Positions 35,597 through 44,473 are shown, counted from the first letter of the stretch. The stretch: 64,000 nt of DNA from an uncultured Anaerolineales bacterium (GCA_964344175.1 CAYFMI010000009.1:1148-65147), one strand, 5' to 3'. Made by a program: numbers and translations. Notes: generated by a model not told the origin, from the sequence alone.

Positions 35597-38065
35597 ATGG
35601 AATTAGGTACGATTCGTTCCGTAGATATTAACCAGCAAATGCGCTCGGCTTATCTAGACTATGCCATGAGCGTAATTGTAGCCCGCGCCCTCCCTGATGC
35701 GCGTGACGGCCTCAAGCCTGTCCACCGCCGCATTCTCTACTCCATGCACGATATGGGTATTCGCGCCAATGGCTCACATAAGAAATCGGCTCGTATTGTC
35801 GGTGAAGTATTGGGCAAATATCATCCGCATGGCGACTCGGCAGTTTACGAGTCGATGGCCCGTATGGCCCAAGATTTTTCCATGCGCTACACCCTGGTTA
35901 ACGGGCAGGGTAACTTCGGCTCCATTGACGGCGACTCGCCCGCCGCCATGCGTTATACCGAGGCCCGTATGGGCCGCCTGGCCGAAGAAATGCTCATTGA
36001 CATTGACAAAGACACCGTAAATTTTACAGATAATTTCGACGGCTCACTGCAAGAACCAACGGTACTTCCCGCCAGACTACCCAACCTGCTGCTAAACGGG
36101 GCTTCGGGCATCGCTGTTGGCATGGCGACCAATATCCCCCCTCACAATATGGGCGAACTAGTTGCAGCGCTGAACTATATCATCGATCACTATGAGCAAA
36201 TAGACGATGTCACCATCGAAGATCTGCTGCCCTACTTACCCGGCCCCGACTTCCCCACCGGTGGCGTGATCGTCGGAGACGAGGGCATCCGCCAGGCTTA
36301 CAGTACAGGCCGGGGGCGCATCATTTTGCGCGGCAAGGCTTTTATCGAAGAAACTGCCCGCAACCGTCACCATATCGTTATCACCGAAATCCCCTACCAG
36401 CTCAACAAGACCACCCTGATTGAGCGCATTGCCAAACTCGCCCGCGAAGGCAAACTCGACGAAATCTCCGATCTGCGAGACGAATCGGACCGTCAGGGTA
36501 TGCGGATCATCATCGAGCTAAAACGGACCGCCCACCCTCGTAAGGTGCTTAATCAACTCTATAAATACACGCCACTGCAATCTACATTTGGTGTCCAAAT
36601 GCTGGCGCTGGTGGATGGTGAACCGCGCCTGCTCTCGCTTAAACGAGCCTTACATCATTATGTTGAGCACCGCTTAGAAGTCATCACCCGCCGCAGTCAG
36701 TTCGAGTTGGAAAAAGCCCGCCAGCGCGCCCACATTCTAGAGGGTTTGCTGATTGCCCTGGCGAATCTCGACGAAGTCGTGCAAACCATTCGTAAGTCGC
36801 CCGATGTAGATACGGCAAAAGAACGCTTAATCATCCGTTTTGGCTTCAGCGACCGCCAGGCTCAGGCGATCCTCGATATGCAGTTGCGCCGCCTGGTGGC
36901 CCTGGAACGCCAAAAGATCGAAGCCGAACACAAAGAACTACTTGATCGCATCGCCTACCTGGAAGATTTACTGGCACATCCGAACAAGATGCTAATTCTC
37001 ATCCAGGGTGACCTGAATGAGTTGTCGGGAAAATATAGCGACGAACGCCGCACACAGATTGTCGCCGAAGCCAGCGGCGACCTCAGTGATGAAGACCTGA
37101 TCGCCGACGAAGCTGTGCTTGTCAGCATTACCGAGCGCGGCTATGTAAAACGCGTGAGCGCGCAAACCTATCGTTCTCAACGGCGCGGCGGGCGCGGCGT
37201 GATCGGCCACACTACCCGCCAAGAAGACGAAGTTGTCATGCTTTTCCCCGCTCGCACCTTTGATACGATCCTGTTCTTCTCTGATCGCGGCAAAGTATAT
37301 TCTGAAAAAGCCTACCAGATCCCCGATGCCGGTCGCACAGCCAAAGGGATTTCGATTGTCAACGTGCTTGCGCTGGCCCCCAACGAAACCATCACGGCTA
37401 CCGTTTCTGTTCCCGATTTCGAGGCTGCCGAATATTGCACAATGGTCACCCGTCAGGGCAAGATCAAACGGGTAGCCCTGGCCGAATTCGCCGCCGTGCG
37501 CCCTTCCGGGTTGATTGCTATGGGATTGGCCGATGACGATGAGTTGGGCTGGGTGCGTGTAACCCGCGGCGACGAAGAACTCATCATTGTTACCCAACAC
37601 GGCCAGGCCTTGCGTTTCCATGAATCTGAGTTACGCCCCATGGGGCGGCCTGCCCAAGGGGTCAACGCCATCAAATTGCGCGGCAACGACCAAGTCGTAG
37701 GCATGGATGTTATTGAACCCGGAGCAGATCTGCTCGTGGTGACAACCCGAGGGTATGGCAAACGCACATCGCTAGAAGAATACACCCCTAAAGGGCGCGC
37801 CACAATGGGCATTCTCACCATTGACAGGAATGCTCTAAACCAAATTGGCCTAATCACAGCCGTGCGCGTCATTCAACCCAAAGAAGATTTAATCACCCTA
37901 ATCTCGGCAAACGGTATCGTGCTACGCACCAAAGCCGATACTATTTCACAGATCGGGCGGGCTACTCGCGGTGTCCAGATTATGAATCTGGAATCGGATG
38001 ATAGCGTGGCTTCACTGGCCCGCTTCGCCGCAGCCGACTTACGAAAAGCTGGCGCAGTGGACTGA
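35597..38065 (+). CDS. gyrA: DNA gyrase subunit A
   Basis: [41 protein letters not shown] (active-site Tyr), C-terminal beta-pinwheel repeats. Confidence 0.95.
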   Translation: MELGTIRSVDINQQMRSAYLDYAMSVIVARALPDARDGLKPVHRRILYSMHDMGIRANGSHKKSARIVGEVLGKYHPHGDSAVYESMARMAQDFSMRYTLVNGQGNFGSIDGDSPAAMRYTEARMGRLAEEMLIDIDKDTVNFTDNFDGSLQEPTVLPARLPNLLLNGASGIAVGMATNIPPHNMGELVAALNYIIDHYEQIDDVTIEDLLPYLPGPDFPTGGVIVGDEGIRQAYSTGRGRIILRGKAFIEETARNRHHIVITEIPYQLNKTTLIERIAKLAREGKLDEISDLRDESDRQGMRIIIELKRTAHPRKVLNQLYKYTPLQSTFGVQMLALVDGEPRLLSLKRALHHYVEHRLEVITRRSQFELEKARQRAHILEGLLIALANLDEVVQTIRKSPDVDTAKERLIIRFGFSDRQAQAILDMQLRRLVALERQKIEAEHKELLDRIAYLEDLLAHPNKMLILIQGDLNELSGKYSDERRTQIVAEASGDLSDEDLIADEAVLVSITERGYVKRVSAQTYRSQRRGGRGVIGHTTRQEDEVVMLFPARTFDTILFFSDRGKVYSEKAYQIPDAGRTAKGISIVNVLALAPNETITATVSVPDFEAAEYCTMVTRQGKIKRVALAEFAAVRPSGLIAMGLADDDELGWVRVTRGDEELIIVTQHGQALRFHESELRPMGRPAQGVNAIKLRGNDQVVGMDVIEPGADLLVVTTRGYGKRTSLEEYTPKGRATMGILTIDRNALNQIGLITAVRVIQPKEDLITLISANGIVLRTKADTISQIGRATRGVQIMNLESDDSVASLARFAAADLRKAGAVD

Positions 38066-38080
38066 GTGCCATCCTGCAAC

Positions 38081-38133
38081 AAAAAAAGCCGACTATCCGA
38101 TCAAACGGTAGTCGGCTTTGAATTTAAAATTGT
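38081..38133. terminator. bidirectional intrinsic terminator between gyrA and a convergent small ORF
   Basis: A7-AGCCGACTA...TAGTCGGCT-TTTGAATTT. Confidence 0.75.
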
Positions 38134-38138
38134 GGCAG

Positions 38139-38357
38139 CTACAAGAAAGGGAGATAAATCTTCTCTGTAAGCAGCAAACAAAACGAACTCAAAATACAGA
38201 CCATCATCATCGCCATTACAGCAATCACAAACCGCTGAACGGCGGTCATCCCTAAAAACAGGGTTTGTTTTGGAGCCGTGTCTTCAAACCCAAAAATATC
38301 CTCAGTGTCGTCTAAGAATAAACCATTATCCGCTTGTTCACGTAGGTCATCGAGCAT
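38139..38357 (-). CDS. hypothetical small membrane protein
   Basis: acidic N-terminus plus one long hydrophobic segment VIAVMAMMMVCILSSFCLLL. Confidence 0.35.
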   Translation of the reverse strand: MLDDLREQADNGLFLDDTEDIFGFEDTAPKQTLFLGMTAVQRFVIAVMAMMMVCILSSFCLLLTEKIYLPFL

Positions 38358-38398
38358 GGTCTGCCTCCCGGTCAGGTTTCCTTATTCGATAGTTTAGC

Positions 38399-39214
38399 TC
38401 ATTTTGGGGAACTGTCAACGGGGCGCAGGTGGATTTCACCAACCTGGAGGGCGCGTTGTTCCCCGGTACGGAGCCTGATATTCAAAGAACCATCGATGTT
38501 CAAGTTGATGATGCGAGCTTCCAGCGCTTCTGCCTCCGAGGGAAAAACCAGCGCCCATTCCCCGCGCAGTGCCAGGTTCGCATCCCACTCTCGCACAAAT
38601 TCCGGCTCCGCCAGGCGCGGATACCATAGGGTCAATTCGTGCAAGACCGCCCGGAGCAATGCCGTGCGCTCTACCGGCTTTCCCAACACATGCTCTACGC
38701 TGGTTGCCGCAAAGGGGTGTTGGTGATGCCCCGGCCAGTTTTCCGGCGGTACAGAAGAAGGTGCAACATTAATGCCAATCCCTAAAATTACGGCCTGCAA
38801 TGTGTCACCAATCCAGGATGCTTCTGCCAACACGCCACAAGTTTTACGCCCGGTTAAGAGAACATCATTGGGCCATTTGATTTCTGCCGGGAGCTGATAA
38901 TGTTGCTGCAAAACACGGCATACGGCCAATGCTCCCAGGCCGGTAATAGGGGTGATGTAGGCTTCGTCTTCGAGAATGGATGGACGCAGAATCAGACTGA
39001 AAGCCAACGCCGACCCCGGCGGGGTAAACCAATGACGCTCACCGCGCCCGCGCCCGGCAGTTTGCTCATCGGCGACGACCAGTGAAAGATCCGCAGCGCC
39101 CTCAGCAGCCCAGCGCGCGGCTTCATCATTCGTTGAGCCAAGTGAGTCGAAATAGCGAATGCCGCCGAGGGGCAAGTTCGTGAGCAGGTTTTCAAGCGTA
39201 TTTTGGTTCATCAC
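38399..39214 (-). CDS. birA: biotin--[acetyl-CoA-carboxylase] ligase (class I, no N-terminal HTH)
   Basis: GRGRGERHW biotin-binding loop, KWPNDVL. Confidence 0.85.
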   Translation of the reverse strand: MMNQNTLENLLTNLPLGGIRYFDSLGSTNDEAARWAAEGAADLSLVVADEQTAGRGRGERHWFTPPGSALAFSLILRPSILEDEAYITPITGLGALAVCRVLQQHYQLPAEIKWPNDVLLTGRKTCGVLAEASWIGDTLQAVILGIGINVAPSSVPPENWPGHHQHPFAATSVEHVLGKPVERTALLRAVLHELTLWYPRLAEPEFVREWDANLALRGEWALVFPSEAEALEARIINLNIDGSLNIRLRTGEQRALQVGEIHLRPVDSSPK

Positions 39215-39233
39215 ACTGTTTGCGAGTTGGTAT

Positions 39234-39297
39234 GTTGGCAGGTTAGCAGGCTGGCAAGTTGAAATACTTCAACCTGTAAACCTGCTAACTTGCCAAC
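39234..39297. repeat. 64-nt imperfect hairpin (25/30 bp) built from GCAGGTTA GCAGGCTG GCAAGTTG units
   Basis: arms GTTGGCAGGTTAGCAGG...AGTTGAA / TTCAAC...CCTGCTAACTTGCCAAC paired by hand; starts 1 nt after the moeZ stop. Confidence 0.7.
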
Positions 39298-39298
39298 A

Positions 39299-40450
39299 TT
39301 AATAGATGGGCAAACTTGGATCAACTTCCTCAGCCCAGGCATTGATGCCGCCTTCTAAATTTTTGATCTTGCGGAATCCAGCGCTGACGAGAACTTCAAG
39401 GGCACGTACCGAGCGCGTCCCCACTTTGCAGAAGAGTACAATCTCATCGGCGCTGTCCAATTCATGCATACGGGCAGCCAACTGTCCTAAAGGAATCAGG
39501 TTGGCTCCCGGCAACTGCGATATTGCCAATTCATGCGGTTCACGCACATCAATCAGATGCAGCGCATCACCAGCATCGAGGCGCGTTTTTAACTCGGTGG
39601 CCGAAATATCCCACTCATCACCTGCGGATCCGGCGTCATGATCGTTAGCGGGCATGCCGCAGAACTGCTCGTAGTCGATCAACTCGGTAACTTCTGGGGT
39701 TTTTCCGCAGACTTTACAATTGGGGTTCTTGCGCAGGCGGACGAAATCAAAACTCATATCCAGGGCGTTATATAACAGCAGTTTACCGCTGAGTGAGTCA
39801 CCGATCCCCAAGATCAACTTAATCGCCTCGGTGGCCTGAATGCTGCCAATCGTCCCCGGAAGAATGCCCAGCACACCACCTTCAGCGCAGGAGGGCACCA
39901 GCCCTGGCGGGGGCGGCTCGGGGAACAAGCAACGGTAACAGGGGCTATCGTCCCCGGCGTTGAAAACGCTGGCCTGCCCGTCGAAACGGAAGATCGAACC
40001 GTAGACGTTGGGCTTGCCGGTCAGCACGCACAGGTCATTTGTCAGGTAGCGAGTGGGGAAATTATCGGTGCCGTCAATAATAACATCGTAAGGTTCGGCA
40101 ATGCGGAATGCATTCGCCGAGGTGAACATCTCGTTGTAGATATCTACTTGAATATCGGGGTTGATATCGAGCATGCGGCTGCGGGCCGATTCAACCTTCA
40201 ACTTGCCCAGCGTCGATTCGCCATGAATGACTTGACGCTGCAAGTTCGAGAAGTCGACCACGTCATAATCGACCAAGCCAATGCGCCCGATCCCAGCGGC
40301 GGCCAGGTAGAGCGCTATCGGCGAACCCAGTCCGCCAGTGCCGATGACCAGAACAGAAGCAGCCTTTAGCTTCTCCTGTCCTTCCAGCCCAACTTCTGGG
40401 ATGAGTAAGTGACGTGAGTAGCGGAATATTTCGTCGTGTGTGAGTTTCAT
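39299..40450 (-). CDS. moeZ: MoeB/ThiF-type E1-like adenylyltransferase with C-terminal rhodanese domain (MoeZ-like sulfur-carrier activating enzyme)
   Basis: GTGGLGSP nucleotide loop, CYRC and CKVC zinc pairs, rhodanese active site FCKVGTRS. Confidence 0.85.
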   Translation of the reverse strand: MKLTHDEIFRYSRHLLIPEVGLEGQEKLKAASVLVIGTGGLGSPIALYLAAAGIGRIGLVDYDVVDFSNLQRQVIHGESTLGKLKVESARSRMLDINPDIQVDIYNEMFTSANAFRIAEPYDVIIDGTDNFPTRYLTNDLCVLTGKPNVYGSIFRFDGQASVFNAGDDSPCYRCLFPEPPPPGLVPSCAEGGVLGILPGTIGSIQATEAIKLILGIGDSLSGKLLLYNALDMSFDFVRLRKNPNCKVCGKTPEVTELIDYEQFCGMPANDHDAGSAGDEWDISATELKTRLDAGDALHLIDVREPHELAISQLPGANLIPLGQLAARMHELDSADEIVLFCKVGTRSVRALEVLVSAGFRKIKNLEGGINAWAEEVDPSLPIY

Positions 40451-40452
40451 AA

Positions 40453-40513
40453 TCGGTTACAGGTTGCAAGTTGAAGGTTGGCGGATATATAGAACTTTCA
40501 ACCTTTTACTTGC
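40453..40513. repeat. heptamer array TCGGTTA CAGGTTG CAAGTTG AAGGTTG with complementary arm CAACCTTTTACTTGC
   Basis: period-7 units counted 40453-40480; 13/15-bp stem 40466-40480 / 40499-40513. Confidence 0.7.
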
Positions 40514-40528
40514 TAAATTTCAACTACC

Positions 40529-40801
40529 TCACCCGCCCGCGATGGAGGGGATAATTCGTAGTACATCGTCTTCGCCAAGCTCGGTTTTAACGCCTTGCAA
40601 ATGGCGCACATCTTCTTCACCGAGGAACAGGTTCACGAAAGGGCGCAAGTCACCGGCCTCCGAAAAGATGTGTTTCTGCAATGATGGATGCTGCCGCACC
40701 AGGTCGTTCAATGCTTCGGCTACGTTGTGTCCTTGCACTTCTATTTTACTCTGTCCGTCCGCATAGGGACGCAGAGGGGTAGGGAGTTTTAATACAGGCA
40801 T
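40529..40801 (-). CDS. cysO: ThiS/MoaD-family sulfur carrier protein ending in Gly-Gly (CysO-like)
   Basis: 90 aa, C-terminus PSIAGG-stop; operon context. Confidence 0.8.
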   Translation of the reverse strand: MPVLKLPTPLRPYADGQSKIEVQGHNVAEALNDLVRQHPSLQKHIFSEAGDLRPFVNLFLGEEDVRHLQGVKTELGEDDVLRIIPSIAGG

Positions 40802-40865
40802 ATTTTTTCCTTTGAATTATAAGTTGCCGTTTGAGTGTTGATGGTTGGCTTTACCAAGATAACTT

Positions 40866-41297
40866 TCAACCGATACAAATTTCTTCTTCACGAAAGTTTT
40901 CACGATCATCGCTCAGACGCCATGAGCGTGAATGTACGGCGCGACCTTCATCGACGCGGGTGATGATGTAGGAAAACCAGGGCATAGCCCACTGACGGTC
41001 GAACTCGGAAGGCACATTGGGGCAGTCAGGGTGCGAGTGGAACACGCCAATCAGGTCTAAGCCCTGGCGCTCGGCTTCATCTTCGGCACGCAGCATATCT
41101 TGGGGCGTCAACAGGTAGCGGTTATGACGGGCAGAATTTACACCGGCGTTGGGTAAAGCCAAAATAGCTGTCACCTCGCGCCGGGCCTCGTCGGAATGTC
41201 CCAGCAGAAAACCGGCTCCCTCCTCGGGGTAGGCCGATTCCAAATGGGCATTGATTTCATCCAATACTTGATTTGTAATTGCTAAGGTCATGGTCAT
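40866..41297 (-). CDS. mec: JAMM/MPN+ metalloprotease (Mec-like, CysO-cysteine peptidase)
   Basis: EEGAGFLLG and HSHPDCPNVPSEFD (HxHx7Sx2D JAMM motif). Confidence 0.8.
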   Translation of the reverse strand: MTMTLAITNQVLDEINAHLESAYPEEGAGFLLGHSDEARREVTAILALPNAGVNSARHNRYLLTPQDMLRAEDEAERQGLDLIGVFHSHPDCPNVPSEFDRQWAMPWFSYIITRVDEGRAVHSRSWRLSDDRENFREEEICIG

Positions 41298-41315
41298 TCC
41301 GGCACTAAGGTGACA

Positions 41316-41352
41316 GGTTGAAAGATGAAAGTTTCCCCTTCAATTTTCAACC
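41316..41352. repeat. GGTTGAAAGATGAAAG ... CTTCAATTTTCAACC hairpin of the same family
   Basis: about 12/15-bp stem; right arm encodes the last codons and the TGA stop of cysM. Confidence 0.6.
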
Positions 41353-42308
41353 CATAAGGTTTCATCGCTGAGATATTTATACCCCGCATCGGGGAAAACG
41401 GTGACGACTACACCGGAGTCGAGTTGTTCGGCAATTTGCAAAGCTGCCACCGCTGCCGCCCCCGAAGAAATGCCCACAAAGTAGCCCTCCTGGCGCGCCA
41501 GGCGCCGCACCATCGCGTGGGCCGCCTCGGTTGGAATTTCCAGCGTGCGGTCGGGAAGGCCGGGATCGAAAATGCCCGGCTGAATGGCCGTGGGCATGTG
41601 CTTAAGCCCCTCCAGGCCATGAAAGGGAGAATCGGGCTGTGCGGCGATGATTTGGATATGAGGATTATACTCCCGGAGATAACGTGACACACCCGTGAGC
41701 GTGCCGGAGGTTCCCAGCCCGGCCACAAAGTGGGTGACTGCACCCGAGGTTTGAGCTACGATTTCGGGGCCAGTGCCACGATAATGGGCCTGCCAGTTGG
41801 CAAGGTTATCGTACTGATTGGCATAGAAATATAAATCAGGCCGCTCGGCAGCCATCTGGCGGGCAACTCGGATAGCGCCATCGGAGCCTTCAAGTGGGTC
41901 GGTAAAAACAATTTCGGCACCCAACGCCCGCAAAATGGCAACCCGCTCCGGGCTGGCGTTACTGGGCATGGCTAAAGTGACTTTAATATCCAGCGCCGCG
42001 CCGAAGGTCGCGTAAGCAATGCCCATATTGCCCGAAGTCGAATCGAGCAGGCGCATCCCCGGCAGCAGATGGCCCTCGAAAAGCGCCGACCGAATGATAT
42101 TAAACGCCGGGCGGTCTTTGACCGATCCGCCGGGGTTGAACCACTCGGCTTTGGCATACACTTTGACGGTGGGCAAAATATCGGCGGTGATGCGGCGTAA
42201 GGGCAGCAAGGGGGTGTTACCCACAGCTTTGATAAGCGGCATGCCCTCCATACCCGGAGGCACAGTTGTAACTGTGGGCGTTTCGAAGGTGGTGACCTGG
42301 GTGGTCAT
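41340..42308 (-). CDS. cysM: PLP-dependent cysteine synthase (CysM-like, thiocarboxylate-dependent type)
   Basis: NPGGSVKDRPA (PLP lysine), GLGTSGTLTG; AAAGGAG SD 5 nt before ATG 42308 (the track TTG start at 42332 is less likely). Confidence 0.85.
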   Translation of the reverse strand: MTTQVTTFETPTVTTVPPGMEGMPLIKAVGNTPLLPLRRITADILPTVKVYAKAEWFNPGGSVKDRPAFNIIRSALFEGHLLPGMRLLDSTSGNMGIAYATFGAALDIKVTLAMPSNASPERVAILRALGAEIVFTDPLEGSDGAIRVARQMAAERPDLYFYANQYDNLANWQAHYRGTGPEIVAQTSGAVTHFVAGLGTSGTLTGVSRYLREYNPHIQIIAAQPDSPFHGLEGLKHMPTAIQPGIFDPGLPDRTLEIPTEAAHAMVRRLARQEGYFVGISSGAAAVAALQIAEQLDSGVVVTVFPDAGYKYLSDETLWVEN

Positions 42309-42322
42309 AATGCTCCTTTTAA

Positions 42323-42353
42323 AGATTGACAATTACCAGGTAATCGTCAATCT
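42323..42353. promoter_or_regulatory. 31-bp palindrome AGATTGACAATTACC-A-GGTAATCGTCAATCT directly upstream of the cysM SD
   Basis: 15-bp arms with one mismatch, read directly. Confidence 0.45.
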
Positions 42354-42381
42354 AAAATTCGATAAAAAACAACGGCCAACA

Positions 42382-42412
42382 GACAAAAAGAAAAGGGCAG
42401 CGGACTCGCTGC
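42382..42412 (-). terminator. intrinsic terminator-like hairpin upstream of cysM
   Basis: minus strand GCAGCG-AGUC-CGCUGC followed by CCUUUUCUUUUUGU. Confidence 0.5.
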
Positions 42413-42566
42413 TACAAAGTTCATTACTTTGAGCTTGCGGGGTCGCAACTACCCTTCGTCAGTCTATTGGCCGTAAAAAGTGTTTCGAATACTGTAACGA
42501 GGAAGGTAGTGCTACGATCCCCGCCCCATACAGATGCAAGATTGGTTCATTTTTTACTCTTGTAGA

Positions 42567-42864
42567 ACTTACGCAGTTCGATGAAAGATATACCGAAAAT
42601 AAGGGTGTGCGTAACTCCTATCTTGATTGAATACGATCAATTTTTATGAAAAACTTGAGACAAATTGTAGCCGCTTTATCCAATTTGTCAAGACCTGCGT
42701 AATAAGGTGTTTTTCAACAGTGCGTAAATATCGGCATCATACAAATACTTTCCATTTAGGAGTTACGCACTTGCGAGAGGAAAGTCCGAAAAATAGGGGT
42801 GTGTGGGGTGCTCCGCACCCCACACACCCCTATTTTTCGGTAAATTTTCAATGACTGCGTAAGT
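42567..42864. repeat. nest of inverted repeats with six TGCGTAA/TTACGCA motifs
   Basis: outer pair ACTTACGCAGT 42567-77 / ACTGCGTAAGT 42854-64; middle pair GTGCGTAACTCCTA 42607-20 / TAGGAGTTACGCAC 42757-70; inner pair GACAAATTG 42659-67 / CAATTTGTC 42681-89. Confidence 0.65.
42786..42840. repeat. 55-nt perfect hairpin, family CCGAAAAATAGGGGTG (copy 2)
   Basis: 26-bp perfect stem CCGAAAAATAGGGGTGTGTGGGGTGC / GCACCCCACACACCCCTATTTTTCGG, loop TCC. Confidence 0.8.
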
Positions 42865-42925
42865 CCTACCATTATTACTTAAAAACCTGCCCGAGTGATT
42901 CGATTAAATTTAGGCGGATTAAGAA

Positions 42926-43876
42926 TCAGGGACTTAATAGTATTTCGACTGTTTTGATATTGATCGGCCCCGGCTGACTGCCGCCGCGCGCTGAGATGGT
43001 GACCCGCACCCAGGTCGGGGCATCTACCTGATAGGGAATCTCGACCGAAAAGGGGTGATGCTCTCCGGTTTGGGTGGGTGTCACCCCCGCCAACCGCGAG
43101 CCAACGACGCGCCCATCGGTGGCAATCAACTCAACCAACAGGGGCTGTTCTCCAGTGGTGCGCACCAACCCCGAGACTGTCAGAGTCCCCCCTTGAATGA
43201 GTACTTCTGCTTCAGGCTGCTGAATCACAATGGGGGCCAGGACATCGTGCGCCAGGTTAATATCCGCTTCACCCTCTGCCAGCAAGATCAAATCTACCGA
43301 TGCGAGGGCCATTACCCGCCCATAGTCATCTTGCGTTTGCACGACCAGGCGGCCTGTCTCTGCCACACCGGCGGTTTCAAAACCAAAATCTTTCAATACG
43401 CTGGTGTGCAAGTTGATCGAATTGAAAGTGAAAATTTTCCGGTAAATCAAATGGCCGTCTTCCCCCCAAAGTTCTACCTGAGCGCGGCGCTCAGCGCCGG
43501 GGATGACATACATGAACAGCGTTGTCGGAGAGACAATTTTCGAAAGCGGGCCAGGACGTATGATTTGAATATCGGCCTCGGGGATGATTACCGGAGATGC
43601 CGGTGAAGGTGTGATTGCCGACAGATTTTCAGGGGTGAGCGAGGCTGTCGGCGGCCATTCTTCAACGGCAACGGTGGCCTCAACTGTCAGGGCATTGTCA
43701 ATTGGCGCGGGGGTTTGCGTGGGCGTGACCATGGCTTGCGCCGTCATCGCAATGACAGTTGGAACATATTCAGTAGGGATCAATGTGGGCAATTCCAAGC
43801 CAGCGCCAAAACCGGCACACCCGCTCAGGCCTACCCACATTAGCAGGATTAAGAGTACAACGAAACGTCGATGCAT
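42926..43876 (-). CDS. lipoprotein with Gmad2-type immunoglobulin-like domains
   Basis: signal peptide plus lipobox LSGC; two beta-sandwich-like segments (IIRPGPLSKIVSP..., VIQQPEAEVLIQGGTLTVSGL...); start at MHRR avoids overlap with the upstream gene. Confidence 0.55.
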   Translation of the reverse strand: MHRRFVVLLILLMWVGLSGCAGFGAGLELPTLIPTEYVPTVIAMTAQAMVTPTQTPAPIDNALTVEATVAVEEWPPTASLTPENLSAITPSPASPVIIPEADIQIIRPGPLSKIVSPTTLFMYVIPGAERRAQVELWGEDGHLIYRKIFTFNSINLHTSVLKDFGFETAGVAETGRLVVQTQDDYGRVMALASVDLILLAEGEADINLAHDVLAPIVIQQPEAEVLIQGGTLTVSGLVRTTGEQPLLVELIATDGRVVGSRLAGVTPTQTGEHHPFSVEIPYQVDAPTWVRVTISARGGSQPGPINIKTVEILLSP

Positions 43877-43880
43877 AACA

Positions 43881-44240
43881 TCAGGATGAATATCGATCAA
43901 TCAGGTTTTTTAGATCATCGGTTAAGAGCGGTTTGCAAATGAACTCTTGCGCCCCCTCGGCGATTGCCCGTTTGGCAAAAACACTGTGACTGGCCGAAAC
44001 CATAACAACCGGGATCAATAACGCTTTTTCGGTGGAGCGCAACTGTTGCAGGATTTGAAAGCCATCCATATCGGGTAATTGCCGATCTAAGACAATCAAA
44101 TCAAAGCCCCCCTTTTGAGCCAACTCCAGAGCATCTGCTCCCGTCTCTGCTACGATAGCTTCATGGCCTAAGAACGATACGATTTTTTGGTACGTCTCTA
44201 ACGTGAAAAAGTCGTCGTCGATGAAAAGGATACGTGACAT
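43881..44240 (-). CDS. stand-alone CheY-like response regulator receiver
   Basis: ILFIDDD, LIVLDRQLPDMDG (phospho-accepting Asp), VVMVSA, 119 aa with no output domain. Confidence 0.85.
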   Translation of the reverse strand: MSRILFIDDDFFTLETYQKIVSFLGHEAIVAETGADALELAQKGGFDLIVLDRQLPDMDGFQILQQLRSTEKALLIPVVMVSASHSVFAKRAIAEGAQEFICKPLLTDDLKNLIDRYSS

Positions 44241-44325
44241 GGAAGCCTTCTATGGGTGGTATCTGAAGAGCACGTCTATTAACGATGATCGCGCTCCTTT
44301 TCGAACAACTCTTCAGGAGTTGCCC

Positions 44326-44378
44326 CGAAAATAAGGGTGGATGGAGCGCGCAACGCCCCACCCACCCCTGCTTTCGGA
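44326..44378. repeat. degenerate hairpin of the CCGAAAAATAGGGGTG family (copy 3)
   Basis: CCGAAAATAAGGGTGGATGGAGCG / CGCCCCACCCACCCCTGCTTTCGG; 6 of 24 arm positions unpaired. Confidence 0.6.
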
Positions 44379-44473
44379 ATATTTATCAGCGGATAGATTC
44401 TATCACAGGCCATCAAGGCTCGGCGGGGAGTTGAGGGGCATTTTCGTGGAATTTGCTTGTTCCCCAAACAAGG

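Noticed and set aside
42420-42560. SAM-I riboswitch or T-box leader upstream of cysM
   Set aside because: I compared the minus-strand sequence by eye with the SAM-I core and with the T-box AAnnnGGGUGGnACCGCG motif. Only a weak resemblance (GGGUAGUUGCGAC) was found, which is not enough to call. It is kept only as an unspecified candidate leader.
42627-42854. 75-aa ORF in the large intergenic gap; likewise 27094-27324 and 27150-27368 in the MITE-like element
   Set aside because: These reading frames run through inverted and hairpin repeats, so the same sequence is read on both strands. They have no SD and no domain-like features.
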